Shown here: in pieces, positions 13,606 to 27,544 of the stretch
How positions within the stretch are numbered: position 1 is the stretch's first letter
Layout of the letters: each line of letters starts with the position of its first letter
NCBI GenBank assembly: GCA_043228905.1
Contig: JBHGNT010000007.1
Coordinates: 21,204,001 to 21,268,000 of the forward strand
Direction of reading: 5' to 3'
From: Azolla caroliniana
Taxonomy: Eukaryota > Plantae > Polypodiophyta
DNA: 64,000 bases
The notes under the pieces: generated by a model
What the model saw: the letters and a program-made list of their open reading frames with translations, nothing else
Databases searched by the model: none
What the model was told of the DNA's origin: nothing
Translations under genes and position numbers: made by a program

Positions 13606-16157
13606 ATGCGCATGTTTGAAGAAAGTTCGATCACGATCTGACTGAGCGGACCACAAGAGCCTTTGAGCGATCAAAGCACATCATGGCCTAGCCCGAAGAT
13701 GGACAAAGGCAAGGCGAAAATGTCGGAATACGAAGACGATCGCTTCGACAACGATGAGTCGACTCACTCACTCGACAGTGAGTTCGGCGGCTTCGATGTA
13801 CCAATTGGAGCTAAGAACGCCCTTATCTCTGCAAATGAAAAGCTTCATCGTTCCACCCGTGAAAAGAATCCGGTCAGCCGATTCGGCTACGACGACTATA
13901 TGGCGTATCATTACGCCTTTATGATGAAGGTGGCGACAGTACGCGGGCCGTAAACATTTTCCGAAGCAACCAAGGATCTGCGATGGATCGAAGCCATGAA
14001 CGAGGAGATGCAAGCACTACACAAGAACGAGACGTGGGATCTCGTTCCCAGCTCACACACAAGAAGGCAATAGGCTACAGATGGATTTACAAAGTGAAGT
14101 ACAACGCCGACAGTTCCGTCAACCGCTACAAAGCGCGACTCGTAGCGAAAGGCTATGCCCAAATGCATGGAGTTGACTACGAAGAGACCTTTGCGCCGGT
14201 GGCAAAGATGACGACGGTACGAACTGTAATTGCGCTTGCCGCGGCGAAAGGGTGGCACCTCCATCAAATGGACATCAAGAACGCCTTTCTACGAGGCGAA
14301 TTAGAAGAGGAGGTGTACATGATACAACCACCCGGTTTCAACTCGAACACCCATCCGAAAGTTGTATGCTGACTCAAGAAGCCACTCTACGGCCTCAAGC
14401 AAGCACCGCGTGCTTGACATTCGAAGATAACGCAACATCTTCATCAAATCGGCTTCCGTATGTCAAAATTGGACAACTCCCTCTACATACGAAGCGATTC
14501 CGCAAGTCCGATCGTCATCATCTTATATGTAGATGACCTAGTCATTGGAGGTGAGCATCTCATCGAAATCAATAAGGTCAAATTCCGCCTTTCTGACAAG
14601 TTTGAGATGACGGACATGAAGGAGCTCCACTACTTCCTCAGCATCGAGGTAATTCGGACTCCGGCCGGAATCATGATCTCTCAATGGCACTACATCCTCA
14701 ACTTGTTATACAAGTTCGGTATGGCTGAGTGCAAATCTGTGGCAACCCCGCTCGATCGCAATCTCAAACTAGATGCGAACTCCGGCACCAAAGCGTGTGA
14801 GCCAACTCAATATTGGCAACTCATCGGGAGTCTCATCTACCTCATGATCACTCGACCCAATCTCAGTTATCTGGTCGGTCTCCTTAGCCAATTCATGCAA
14901 ACACCGCGTGATAATCACTTGGATTGCGCTAAGAGAGTTCTACGATACGTGAGCGGCACAATGGATTGCGGCATCCTCTACAAGACCGCGATGCCAATAC
15001 AACTCTAGGGGTACATAGACGCCGACTGGGCCGGCTACAAAGCTGATAGAAGATCAACCTCCGGATTTGTCTTCTCCCTCGGCAGCAGAGCGATTTCGTG
15101 GAGTAGCAAGAAGCAACAAACCGTAGCTCTTTCGAGCACAGACGCGGAATACAGGGGCGCGACAGTGGCCGCATGTGAAGTCGTATGGCTCAAAAGGATA
15201 CTCAAGGATCTGGGCGTACCCATCAAGGATTCGACTTCCCTTTACTACGACAACATGAGTAGTATCTATCTGGCTCGGAACCCGGTGTTCCATGTGCGGA
15301 CAAAGCACAAGTGCACTATCACTTCATTCGAGAGCGCGTTCTAGCTGGCGATGTCGACCTACAACACATTAGCACCAATCTTCAAACGACCAACATCTTC
15401 ACTAAAGCCTTAGGAGCCGACAAGCTATGGCAATTCATGACCGATCTCGGATTGACGATCCTTGACCTGCCAAGCTTGAGGGGGAGTACTGAAGACACTA
15501 CGCAATAACGCAATAACGCAATAACGCGTGGATTACGCAACCGCGCAACAAAGCCGCGAAGAGCCGATCTACCACGCAAAGCCGCGAAGAAAGACGCAAG
15601 CCGAAGCACAAACTTCGCAACTACGCACAACGCAAGCTGGAGCACGAATTCTGCAACTCCGCATAAATACGAGTCGACACGAGTCGACGCGGACTTCGGA
15701 ACACGAGTCAAAGCGGATTTCGGATACTGTTTGAAACCGACCCGACTTGAGCTTGAGGGGGCGTGTTGAGAATCAAGCTCAACTTGGTCTAGTGTGCGAA
15801 CTCACCTTGAGAGTGAATAGACACTCCAATGGTCAAGAGTCACCATTATGTTACCACTTTGTATTCTAGCATTTAGTATGAGTCATAGAATCATATTCTA
15901 TGACACATAACTTATGAGCTTTCACATTCCCCATGCTCCATGAGTCTTGTAGTTAATGAAGAGAGAGGGTGACTATATAAAGCACCCTTCTCCCACCTTT
16001 GTAAAATGTTGAGTCTTTCTCCTTTGTTAATATACTTTACCTTCCGTATTCTCTGTGTCTTACTCCTTGTCTCTCTCTCTCACTCACTCACTCTCTCTCA
16101 TACACACACAGTTCATATCTATTCCGCTGCACAAAATCCATCTCTTGATTCTTTACA
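13606..16157 (+). mobile_element. Ty1/copia element C, 3' half (RT, RNaseH, PPT, 3' LTR 15764-16157); same family as 56924-62345
   Basis: ILYVDDLVIGG (RT) and RNaseH ..NPVFH. GCTTGAGGGGGCG precedes TGTTGAGAATCAAGCTC...CTTTACA. Collinear with 60130 onward. Confidence 0.92.
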
Positions 16158-16436
16158 TTCCCGAAGTGGCGACAACATTTCAAGGGCCAGTGGACACGAG
16201 AAAAATGTGAGCAGAAGGATATTGCAAGATTCAAAAGACTTTCAAATTTTTGGGATACTTGACCCGAATATAATGCCGACAATACATTGATTCTGGATAT
16301 AAAACATTTCCGGCATTACTTCAACCTTCGCAGATGTTGTCTCATTCTATCTGAGGAAATGCTTGATAACTACTTGGTGAAAACATTGAGTTGCCAACTA
16401 ACTGCATGGTTGTGGACTCCATACCGAGCTCGGTAA
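16158..16436 (+). pseudogene. FCP1/NIF-like (HAD phosphatase) exon fragment
   Basis: Hand translation FKGQWTREKC..FKRLSNFWDT*PEYNADNTLILD..YFN resembles the K.L..VW...Y...NTLLLDD motif of NIF domains. One internal stop; cut upstream by the copia LTR. Confidence 0.4.
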
Positions 16437-17374
16437 TAATGCAGATCATATATGTGGAGAAGTTCCCCTGACCAACAAGAGCTTAGCTGTTTATATGCGA
16501 TTTGTAGACATTGCCAATGGTGCATTATAAATATGTAATTTGATGACAGATTAATCAATGAGGAATTAAATTGTTTGTTTTGAGTAACTTATCTACTGTG
16601 TAATTTTAAAAGTAGGTTCAGGATTGTTGATTTCATGCTACTGCTTTTTCTTAGAATTATGCAAACTATTTTAACTTGTACACGGTTCACTTAAGTAAAA
16701 TATGTATATCCAAATGAAGAACCCTAAACAATATTATTAAACTGTTTTTTAAGAAAGAAGACTGTATATAAAAAAGACACACGATTTTATTAAGAAAGAA
16801 GAACAGAAAGTAGACTATATATCCCCAGGCAAACAAATCTTCGGTTCTTTGGGAGAGGTTTGTTGCATTGAAGCTTGTTGATGAAGAGACCACAATGTTG
16901 TTTCGAGTTGCAATACACGTGTTGATAACTCATCATACTGTTGTGCCTTTTCTATGCTTACTTGTAACTGTAAATTTCCAAGCAATCATTGATTCTCTTG
17001 TTCTAACGCCACAAACTTATTTGCTTTAGAGACGAGAGATGCTCTAGTTCAAAGACGACTCGAACATGCTCTTGCTTGCAAACTGACTCCATGGTCAGGA
17101 TAACGTTTGGCAAGATTCTCAAGGAGAAGGAAGGAAGGAAAAGAGAGAAAGCCTCATCCTATAAATCGTGTTCCGTGTCTTGAGGAATTACATCAATAAA
17201 TGCGATGAATGTGAGTGAAAAAGACTTCATTAGTGACACAATTAAGTGAGGCCACCACTACATGGGTATATGGGACATACTCGTTTGCCAATAGGCAAAG
17301 ATGAATACTTTGTAGAGGAAAGAATTTAGACTTGTTATGAGAAACGAAATTGGCACACTATCTTGTTCGCTTCA

Positions 17375-17550
17375 CCTTTCGTAGATAAGCTCTAACTCCC
17401 AAATCTACCATCAAATAAGTACTACACATATCCCAATTAATGATCACACACAATCCACAAAATTTCGCAAAAATGAAAAGGAAAACGATCTCCATCTACG
17501 ATTTCGGGTCCAACAGTGTGAATTGTGCAAAACGCCAACTATTTTGGCAT
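17375..17550 (+). repeat. Diverged dispersed repeat, copy 1 (copy 2 at ~27545-27715)
   Basis: Shared ordered blocks CTACCATCAAATA, CACATATCCCAA, CACAATCC, GGGTC..AC, GTGTGAATTGTGCAAA. Confidence 0.65.
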
Positions 17551-17756
17551 GTGTGTGAATCATCATGCACTGCTGGATTTACTTCACATGGAACTCTGGT
17601 TACAAAACATTTGCGGGGGGTGGGGGGGGGGGGGGCAATGATCTAAAGTGACACACTTCTTAGCCAATCCAAGTCATGGCCAAGTCTTGTTTACTACGAA
17701 ATGGTTACAATGTTGCTAGATGATAATATGTTCTATTTTCTAATACTAAATTTCTT

Positions 17757-17833
17757 GTTCATACATACATACATACGTACGTACATACATACGTAAACAT
17801 ACATACGTACGTACGTACATACATACGTAAACG

Positions 17834-17864
<31 letters not shown>

Positions 17865-18099
17865 AAACAGACATTACGTACGTACATACATACGTAAACA
17901 CACACACACATTCATATATACATATGTACGTAAACATACTAACATACATTCATACGTATGTAAACATACAGACATACGTACGTACATACGTAAACACACA
18001 CACATACAGACAAACATACATACGTAAACACACACACACACACACACACATACATATGTACATAAACATACACACACACACACACACATATGTACATAA

Positions 18100-18140
<41 letters not shown>

Positions 18141-18272
18141 TATGTACATAAACATACACACACACACACACACATATGTACTTAAACATACACACACACA
18201 CACACATACATATATACATATATATGTACATAAACATACATACATGCATGCATGCATGATGCATACATACAT
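17757..18272. repeat. Compound microsatellite (CA/TACA/TACG)
   Basis: Directly visible. Confidence 0.95.
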
Positions 18273-18384
18273 AATTGCGTTTTTGGAAGAGACGATTGAT
18301 TAATTAGCTTCGTATTTTCAAAACAACTACATATTATAAATTTATATTGTAAGAGAAAGAGAGGGAAATTCCTGTTCATTTCAT

Positions 18385-18770
18385 TCCATTTCTTCTTCTT
18401 CTTCATCATCATCATCTTCTTCTTCTTCCTTCTTGTATGTATTCCAAAGAGCTGAACGCCCCAACGCAACGCAAAGCACACAAGGAAATCAGGGTTTGTG
18501 CGCCTGCCTGCCTGCCTTCTTGTTTCTGAACAGCGACCAAAAGCACCAGGGGAAATTAGGGTTTGTGCGCCTGCCTGCCTTCTTCTCTTCTTTTCCTTCT
18601 TCATCACCATCACCATCGCCATTATCATACGCCTTCTTCCACTTCTTCATCATCTCTCTCATCATCATCATCGTCGTCGTCGCTCAATCATCATCATCGT
18701 CGCCTTCGTCATCATCATCATCGTCGCCTTCATCATCATTATCATCGCCTTCATCATCATCATCATCATG
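18385..18770 (+). repeat. (TCT/TCA/TCG)n low-complexity tract, probable 5' UTR of the HVA22-like gene
   Basis: Trinucleotide runs and a duplicated AGGGTTTGTGCGCCTGCCTGCC; lies upstream of the HVA22 exons. The UTR role is inferred. Confidence 0.6.
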
Positions 18771-18876
18771 AATGATATGTCTACAGTTTCTCTCTGCAGG
18801 ATTTCTCTAGTGCTTCCTTCAATTGTCTCTCCTTTCATCCGTTTCTTTCCTGCAAAGATATTGCCTGTGGTTTCAG

Positions 18877-19058
18877 CTGATGGACTTCTTGTTCAGAATT
18901 TTCATGTAAGTTCAGAGTCTTTTATGTCATTAACATCACATGAGTTTCACCTGATGGACTTCTTGTTCAGGATTTCTATGTAAGTTCACAGTCTTTTGTG
19001 TTATAATTTCACATCACACGAGTTTCAACTGAGGGGCTTCTCCTTCAGAATTCTATGT
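18877..19058 (+). repeat. ~75-bp tandem repeat, about 2.4 copies
   Basis: CTGATGGACTTCTTGTTCAG..ATGTAAGTTCA..ACATCACA(T/C)GAGTTTCA repeated. Confidence 0.75.
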
Positions 19059-19805
19059 CCATCTTATTCACCTGATGGGATTCGTTTCAATTGATCCGCT
19101 TCTCCTTCGTTTTAGCGAATCTGATGGACTTCTTTATCATAATTATATGTTGATCGCAGCTTCATTAAATCAATCCGTTTTTTCATGAAATGTGAATTGC
19201 AACTGATATAATTCTCTCTTTCTCTCTCCCCCCCTTTTACTCATCTCCTTTTCATCTGTCACAATTTTCGTTCATTCAATGAAGAAATGATAACAAATCG
19301 TTCATCTTCAAACTATAAAAATCCCTCTCTCATTCTTACTCATAAGCTTTAGTGAATCTAATGGACTTCTTTCTTAGAATTCCCTTTCAGAACACAGTAA
19401 CTTCCCTTAGTTAAATCTACTCAGTTTTTCAAGAAACGATATGGAAATGTGTTTTCCATTTGGTGCAAGCCGTTCTCACTCCAACATATCTTCTTCGTAT
19501 GAATCTGTGAGACATGAGCAGAAATTTCCCAATTTATGAAAAATTAATAGGAATTCTGATTTTTAAGATGATAGAAGTCATGTTCTCATGATTTTGTATG
19601 AGCTGTTCTAACGTTCCCTTCACTTTACTCTAATTTTCTTGTTAATGAGAATTCTATGTACAAGTTACATTTCCTCTTATTATATAATTTATTGTTGTTG
19701 TGAACAAACATTAGGGAACTATGAATTTAGATCTTTGTTCTTCGACTAGAACTTGCTGTCCTTCAGAAACCATTTCGTATGTTGATTATTTGTGTTTTTT
19801 CTCAG

Positions 19806-21793
19806 TATATATTTTGGATACCTGTATCCAGCTTACATGTGCTTCTCGGTGCTTAACTCTAGCAAGCCAAAATTCGAGCAGCTGCGGACATGGTGTCGAT
19901 ATTGGTATGAAATAAATCTCTTGATTCGTATCATGTAAAGGAGAAGAGTTGTCCTGTCTATATTATGGAATATATGTTTCTTCTTGATCTATCATTTATC
20001 CTCGAATCTCAAAATTCAGGGAGTATTAAGCACCTACTTTGTTTCATTGCATCTCTGTTTTCTTAGATCATCTATGCATGTTAGGTGAGGCCTAAGTTTT
20101 GATGATTAGGTGTGACTATGTTTTATGTGTGTAGCTTTTCTGGTATATCTTCAGGAAGCCTGCTATTTTGATTTGTTTTTCGTATTTGATTCTGTTTTCA
20201 AGTCTCTCCCTCTTGCTCTCTCTAAATATATGATAATGGTCGTTTTTTACTTGTAGGATGATCATGGCCATTTTCACTGGAGTCGAGAGAGTAGCAGACA
20301 CGTTTATATCATGGTATTTATTCTTCAGAATTCTATAGGAGTAATGTGGTTATGGACATCCATTAATCTCTGTATATTGCCTTTGCAGGGTACCATTCTA
20401 TAGTGGAACTAAACTAGCTCTCATAGTTTATCTATGGCTCCCAAAGACAAAGGTATGATCAGTCACAAACATAGTATGTATATAGTCATTACACTAAACT
20501 GTGGATGAGACAAATGTTTTGTCGTGATCAAAGAGTTTACATCTCGTAATGGATTCTTCACTACTTTTGGAAGCAAGGAATGTAATTTAGAATCAATTAT
20601 CATATTTCTCACAAGGATAGAGATTCCGTTTTGTGCCTTAAATTTCAACGTTGCTTGTTTCTGAGTCTTCTCTTTACGCAAAGAAAGTATTATGTTATTC
20701 TCTTTAAGAAAATGTTGACAAATTTTGTCAGACTGTAATGCTTTCCAAGGGTGCATCAGAATAAATCATTTTTTCCCTCTGAGATGTATAGATGAGTTCG
20801 AGTGATTTTATATGCTAGTAAAAAAACAGCAAACTGATCCAAGCCAGTTTTGTAATACATGTTTCTGTTAGTCATAGTTGTTGGAAGTCACATGTTTAGG
20901 CATACAAATATATATAACGCTATGGTATATGATGGTGTTTTCCTGGGTTTCAACTTCAGATTATGTTGGGGTGTTTTTTAGGCAAGCATAATCTCAAATT
21001 TGGTCACTGTGGGCTCAAAAAGTGTTAGATGTTTCATAGTATTAACTGTTACAATATCATTGTTCTCAGGGTACAGACTATATCTATGAAACGTACATAG
21101 AGCCCTTCTTCTGTAAGCATTCAGAATCTTTGGACCAGAAGAAGGTTCATTTGAGGAATAAACTGGTGGCGATATCAAAATCTCTGTGCAACAAAGCATT
21201 GTGTGCCATGCAGCTGAAGCTTACTGAAGTAATTCGTGAAAATGCCGTGACATTTCATCCTGTGGTAAGCATAATTTTCAGCTTTAAAATGTTTAAATTG
21301 TGAAAATACAAGCTTTGAAGAGTGTAAGTTGTGCAAAGCTTGTATTTTTGTTGGATTTATTTTTAATCAAGTGTATTTATGAAAAATCTCTTTCTATTTA
21401 TTTCAGGTCCAATTCCTGGTTTCACGTTACATCTCATGCTGTGCGGAAGTGCATGCAGGGAATATTTTAATTCATCAACCAACACAAGCTCAATGCTTAG
21501 GATCAACAATGGTGATTCCGAAGGGTGAACAACCATGTCCAGCAGTGACACCAAAAAATATTATTGGTGATGATGATACGCACAAAACTGATTTCCAGAT
21601 ACTTGATTCTTCTGATGTTCAGTTATCCTCGTCAAATTCTCCAGATTCCATATCAACTAAGGTTGAGACACATGTGTCTGTGGATTTGATGAAAACAAAT
21701 ATCTATGCATCGAGATTTAGGTTCCGATGGTGGAGGCATCAACATCAAGATCAGAAGACAATCATCACTCCTTGGGCTAAAAGAAAGCATTAG
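19806..21793 (+). CDS. HVA22-like / TB2-DP1 (REEP) family protein; exons 19806-19904, 20257-20313, 20389-20452, 21070-21264, 21407-21793; first coding exon not located
   Basis: All introns are GT..AG and phase-consistent. Joined translation: IYFGYLYPAYMCF..EQLRTWCRYWMIMAIFTGVERVADTFISWVPFYSGTKLALIVYLWLPKTKGTDYIYETYIEPFF.., open to the stop at 21793. Confidence 0.9.
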
Positions 21794-23235
21794 GATTTGA
21801 GGATCAAGTCTTCTTGGTGCTAGATAGTAACAGGGCTCACTTATTGTGCGGGAATGTAATGACCATTTACATACATTCTATACGAACATCTACCTAGTTG
21901 TACATAAAAGCACAACATTCATTCATTAATAAGCAAAGTGGACATAAAGGGAATGGTGATGGATCGCCATTTTCATGTAATCCAAATCTAATGAAAAGTG
22001 ATGTTCGTTTGAGCCCAATATGGAAATCTGCCTTATCTAGTTATGGAAAATTATATATATATATGTTAGTAACTTTTGAGTAAATTGGCCAAAAGTGCTC
22101 AAATAGTTGGTATCAAAAGTAAACAGGCTACTTGATTCGCACCTTTGAATTATGACTACATGAGTAATACATATATAGGTGGTGATTGTTTCCCATTCTT
22201 TTTCTATTTGTGATGGTATTGCGATTCTTTTATTAGTGATTTGGTACATAGCTAAATTAAGTGTTTACTAAGTTTTTTAAAATTAATTGTTCATTATTGA
22301 TAAGTAATTAAATAGCTTAAACTAATACCCACGGATTAGAAGATGCAATGTTGGTTTGTTTTGTTGTTGGATGTGCTTGGAGAGTTTGACATGTTGAGTA
22401 GTAACTTTCAGTATACATCCAAATAGTACTAGATTTGGAGAGCATCTCAAATCAATCATTGGAACTTTCCATGTGTTATTTATTTTTGAGTAATACATTT
22501 GGTGCCATACAAAGGCAGAATAGTTTGAAGATTTTTCAGTACATCATAGAAAATATGATGATGTTTTTTGACTGGTTGGCTAAAGTGAGTGGAAATATAC
22601 AATCTTTTGCCGTGGCAGATTACAACCTTCTCTGAAGAAGAAGGGATGTAATGCACTCAAGGCACTAAAACACTAAACATTATCACTCAATAAAGCACTA
22701 AACCCCAAGCATAAAACTTGACATCATCAAGGCATATCACAAAACTCCTCAAAATAATTGCCTCTGAATGCTATAATAAAGACTGAAAGTCTTATATTTT
22801 TAGAAAAAGATAATGTGGAATTTTTTGCAGCAAAACTAAAAAAGCAATGGCAATTCTAAGCATATACATAATCTCGATATATTTTACAAGAATATACCAC
22901 CAAAAACATTATTCAAACACATAATCCGAAGAAGAGTAGGATGCTTCTAACAATGTGATGTTATGTTTCCTTAAAAGAAAACAGAGTACAGAGCTTCTGT
23001 CAAAGATGCAAGCATATTCAATGAAGAACAATTCAGCCATCTTCACCAACTCAATTTCTGATAACTTTTCTGCTCCTTGATGCAAACTTTCCAGTGAGGG
23101 CAATATATATCTCTCTCATCCACCTATTACTGATATCTTATCACTTCCCTCACCCTACTTTCTTCTTTCCTCAGGCAGATCAGCTTTTATACAGGTCCAC
23201 CACCTCAATAATGATCCCTACCATTACCTGATGAG

Positions 23236-23748
23236 CATCATACACAATTGCATCTGCACGCAAGGGGAAAATAACATGATATATGTACATATACATCCAT
23301 ATGACCTCGTCTATCAGCTTCATATGAAACATATACACCAATATTCATCATTTGTGAGAGAACTTCAGCAAGGCTTGTACATTCCATTTGTTGCTGCAGA
23401 TATCAGGAAATGATGATGCTGCCTGTTAGTTTGTCAGGCGATAACAATTTTCTGGTATGTTCAGCTTCAAAACTACTTGCACATCTTCCATCATCATACA
23501 CAATTGCATCTGCACGCAAGGGGAAAATAACATGATATATGTACATATACATCCATATGACCTCGTCTATCAGCTTCATATGAAACATATACACCAATAT
23601 TCATCATTTGTGAGAGAACTTCAGCAAGGCTTGTACATTCCATTTGTTGCTGCAGATATCAGGAAATGATGATGCTGCCTGTTAGTTTGTCAGGCGATAA
23701 CAATTTTCTGGTATGTTCAGCTTCAAAACTACTTGCACATCTTCCATC
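23236..23748. repeat. Near-perfect 256-bp tandem duplication
   Basis: CATCATACACAATTG at 23236 and 23492; the ORF track gives identical peptides for the two copies. Confidence 0.95.
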
Positions 23749-26478
23749 CTCCATCCTAAAAGTATGAACATTGTTTGCATCCACTACTTGAATCTTGTCA
23801 TTATTGATATGGAAAAATGGTAGTGTTCTAAAATATACTCGTTTTGGTAACACACCAAGCCTCACCTTCAGGTTTGTTGATCAGCCCAGATGTGACAGCC
23901 AGCTTTTGACTATGCCCGCACAAAATCTTTGCATTCATTCCCATTCTCTGGAATCACTTCTAAAATCGAAGAAAGGTTGGGGAATAACCTTCCAGCGGCA
24001 ACATATTTGCCAAGTCCATTGAGCTTTGAATGGTATCATACTTTGAGAATGGGTTTCGTTAACTACTACAGATGAATGCATGCTCCCACTCGCATCTATC
24101 CACCAATCATTTGCTGGTACATTCCATGCTTCTATTTTCCACTATCAAAGCTTGAATAATTGTGTGCCTCCATATGCATGGAAGCTGATGCATATATATT
24201 TGCCATACAGACATATGAGGCAGCACACTTCTCATCTAATTGCACAATTTTCTTGAATGCTAATAATCTCCCAAGATCAAAATTTTCCAATTTGTGACAA
24301 GCACCTAGAAAAGCCAGTAACGTTGACACATCATAAACCAAATAATGTTTTGCCTTTTCAAATTCTCCTGCACGGCTAAATAGATCGACCATGCAGGTAT
24401 AGTGTTCTATTATAGGTTTGAGGTTATACAATACAATCATTTCATGGAATAACTGTTCTCCTTGATTCAATAGAGCAGAATGACAGCATGCATTCAGCAA
24501 AGCGAGAAATGTAACAAGGTTTGGTTGGATACACTCTATCCTCATTCTTCTGAATGTACTGAAAGCCATATCCACTTAACCTGCTTGCGCATATCCAGCT
24601 ATAAGCACATTCCATGAAACAATATCTCTCTATGGAAGCCCATCAAACACTTTCCATGCTCTTTGCAGTACACCACATTTGGCATACATATCAATTAATG
24701 TAGTGGCAACAACAATATTCTTCTTTAATATTCCTTGCTCACTAACCTTAGCATGAAGTTCTTCCCCAACCTCAAGAGATCCTATGCTAGCACAAGCCTT
24801 TAAAGTGGAAACATATGCCAGCACATCAGGGGAGACCCCTTCATCCTCCATCCTTTTGAAGCATTCAATAGCTTGATCACTAAGCCCATTCTCAACATAT
24901 CCAGCTATTAAGTGCACTCCATGTTACAGTATCTCGTTCTGGAAGCTCATCAAACACTTTGTACGCTCTTTCAAGGGCTAAACATTTTGCGTACATATTG
25001 ATTAATGCAGTTCCAAGCACGGCATTTTCCTTTAATAATCCTTGCTTGCTCACCCTGGCATACATTTCTTCCCCCAATCTCAAGACACATTATTGCAGCA
25101 CAAGCATTTAGAATGCAAGTATATGTGATGTCATCTGCGATGATTCCCTCCTCATCCATCTGCCTGAAGCATTTAATAGCTTGGACACCAAGCCCGTGCT
25201 CAACATAACCAGCTATAAGCACATTCCATGACACAATATCTCGTTGTGGAAGCTTATCAAATACTTTTTGTGCCTTTTGAAGCACGCCACATTTGGTATA
25301 CATGTCAATCAATGCATTTCCAAGAACAATGTTGTCTTTTTCAATAACCCTTGCTCTCTCAAATTGTCATGGATTGTTTCCCCAATATCAAGGGAACCTA
25401 TAGCCGCGCATGCATTTAAAATGCAAACATATGTCCATGCATTTGGTGAGATTCTCTCATCCTCCATCTCTTTAAAATTTTTAACAGCCTGACAACCAAG
25501 CCCATGGTTAGCATATTCGGCTATAAGGGCAGTCCATGAGACAACATCCCGCTGTGGAAGCTCGTCAAATACTTCACATGCTCTCTGAAGTGCACCACAT
25601 TTGCCATACATATCAATTACTGCATTTCCAACTACGATGCTGTTCTTTGATAACCCTTGTTCCCTCATCTTGGCATGTATTTCTTCCCCAATCTCAAGAG
25701 ATCTTATCGCAGCACAAGCTTTTAAAATGCACACATGTCACTGTGTCTGGAGGAACTCCTTCCACCTCCATCTGTCTGAAGCATTTGATGGCTTGATCAC
25801 AAAAACCATACTCCACATATCCAGGTATAATAACGCTCCATGCCACAACATCTTGTTTTGGAAGCTCATCGAATACTTTATGTGCTTTCTGAAGTGCACC
25901 ACATTTGGCATACATATCGATCAATATGGTGCCAAGGATAATGCTGTCCTTTGGTAATACTTTCTCTCTCACCTTGGCATGTATATCTTCCCCAATATCA
26001 AGAGACCCTATGGCAGCACAAGCTTTCAGAATGCATGCATATGTAACAAACAACAATTAGGAGATACTCCCTCATCGACCATCTGTCTAAAAGCATTCGA
26101 GAGCTTCATAACCAAGCCCTTCCTTGGCATATCCAGATATAAGCGCGCTCCAGCAAAAAACATTTCTATGTGGAAGCTCATTAAACACATGATGTGCAGT
26201 TTCAAGAGCACCACATTTGGCATACATATCAAATTATATGCTATGCCAAGCACCAAATTATGGTTCAATAATCCTTGATCTCTTACCTTGGCATGGATTT
26301 TTTTCTCCAACCTCAAGAGAGCCGATGTGAGCACAAAGCTTCTAAAACAGAGCCATATGTTACCAGCACTGGGGAAGATCAATCTCGGATCCTCCTCCAT
26401 CCGTCAGAAGCATTCTAGGGCTTCAGCATGAAACCCATTGTTAAGCATACCCAGTTATCAGTGCAGTCCATGACACAA
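23720..26478 (-). pseudogene. PLS-class PPR protein with E and DYW:WW domains (RNA-editing factor), frameshifted
   Basis: Repeated LIDMYAKCGAL..A..VFDELP.RDVVSW.ALI.GY and TY.CILNACAAIG motifs; EHYTCMVDLFSRAG (E domain); WNVPANDWWIDASGSMHS at ~24080-24127; ILCGHSQKLA at 23897-23926; IQVVDANNVHTF. Multiple frameshifts and stops. Confidence 0.92.
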
Positions 26479-27544
26479 ATAGTGCGGCATGGAAGGTGAT
26501 CAAAAAGCTGCTGTGCCTCCTAAACTCTGGCTTGAACCGAACCGAAACCGAAACCGAAACCGAAACCGAACCGGGCCCATTGCTAGCCACCAGCACCACA
26601 TCGGCCATAAGCTCGGATGAGCGTATTGGAAATGCGATTTTATTATTGGACTCCTCATCGATCAAATATAACATATGGGACTCTACTAACATTGAATAAG
26701 TTTTACATAGTAAGTGTGGAATTGAGTAACGACTCTTGGCATTCAAGAATTTTATTGACAAATGTTGCAATCGAAAGTGCACATTATGAACATGAGAGGA
26801 ATGTGTATGTGGAGTGGATTGGATTGACAATGTCTAGAAGGGTAAACTTTAATGGAGCATGTTGTATCAAAGTTCTTGTACCTAGTTATGAATCTTCACT
26901 AGTAACAAACTTCCTAGGTGTTTGGTGTCCCATTACTTTAGTTAACTCACGTTTACTTGACTCCAACTTACATAGGACGTTGTATGTTACAAAGTTATGT
27001 TCTTAGTTTTGTTTCAAGTAGTATAGCTTCTAGTTCTAACTCTTCCCATTATGGACAAGAGGTCTATCCCTTTTTCTACAGTTTTGGTCTCTAATGGGAT
27101 GGCATGTCTAGTGTGTCCTAACAAGCTGAGGTTTGCATTTATGTTTCTAGTGTCGTATATAGGGGTCATAATGATGCTTGTTGAAACACACACACACACA
27201 CATTGTGGGATCCTTCACTCTCAATTGTCACCAATCTTATCGTGATTCAATAACTAAGAAATGTTTGTAGTTATCAGGAGAACGGCAAGCCTAAACCTAT
27301 TGATTTGGCACTTGGATGATATCATCAATTTGCCTTTCATGCCTTTTGTGTGCTTCTTCACTTTCTATTACTTCAATACCTTACCTTAAGAGATTACGAC
27401 AATCTCATCACAAGCTTTGATTGATGAAAAAGTTCACGAGAACAATACCAAAAGAATGTGTTTTAGAACTAAATTCTCGTCTAAATGTTGTAATAAAATA
27501 AAATATACTTGCTCTAATAAAGAAAATTGCCACATCAATACTCT

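Noticed and set aside
2204-16157. One copia running from LTR 2204 to LTR 15764
   Set aside because: The LTRs are not homologous, RT is represented three times and there is no TSD.
18433-18983. Poly-Ser, poly-His and poly-Ile ORFs
   Set aside because: They are translations of trinucleotide repeats in a probable UTR or intron.
19721-19805. ATG exon MNLDLCSS.. as first exon of the HVA22-like gene
   Set aside because: It would need a 29-nt intron (19777-19805), which is too short; the true first exon was left unassigned.
26480-27180. PPR transit peptide or an LTR upstream of the PPR repeats
   Set aside because: No clear termini, TSD or motif support, so it was left unannotated.
27203-27320. 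Possible protein kinase remnant (LHSQLSPI..RD..ENGKPKPIDLAL)
   Set aside because: Too short and frameshifted to support.
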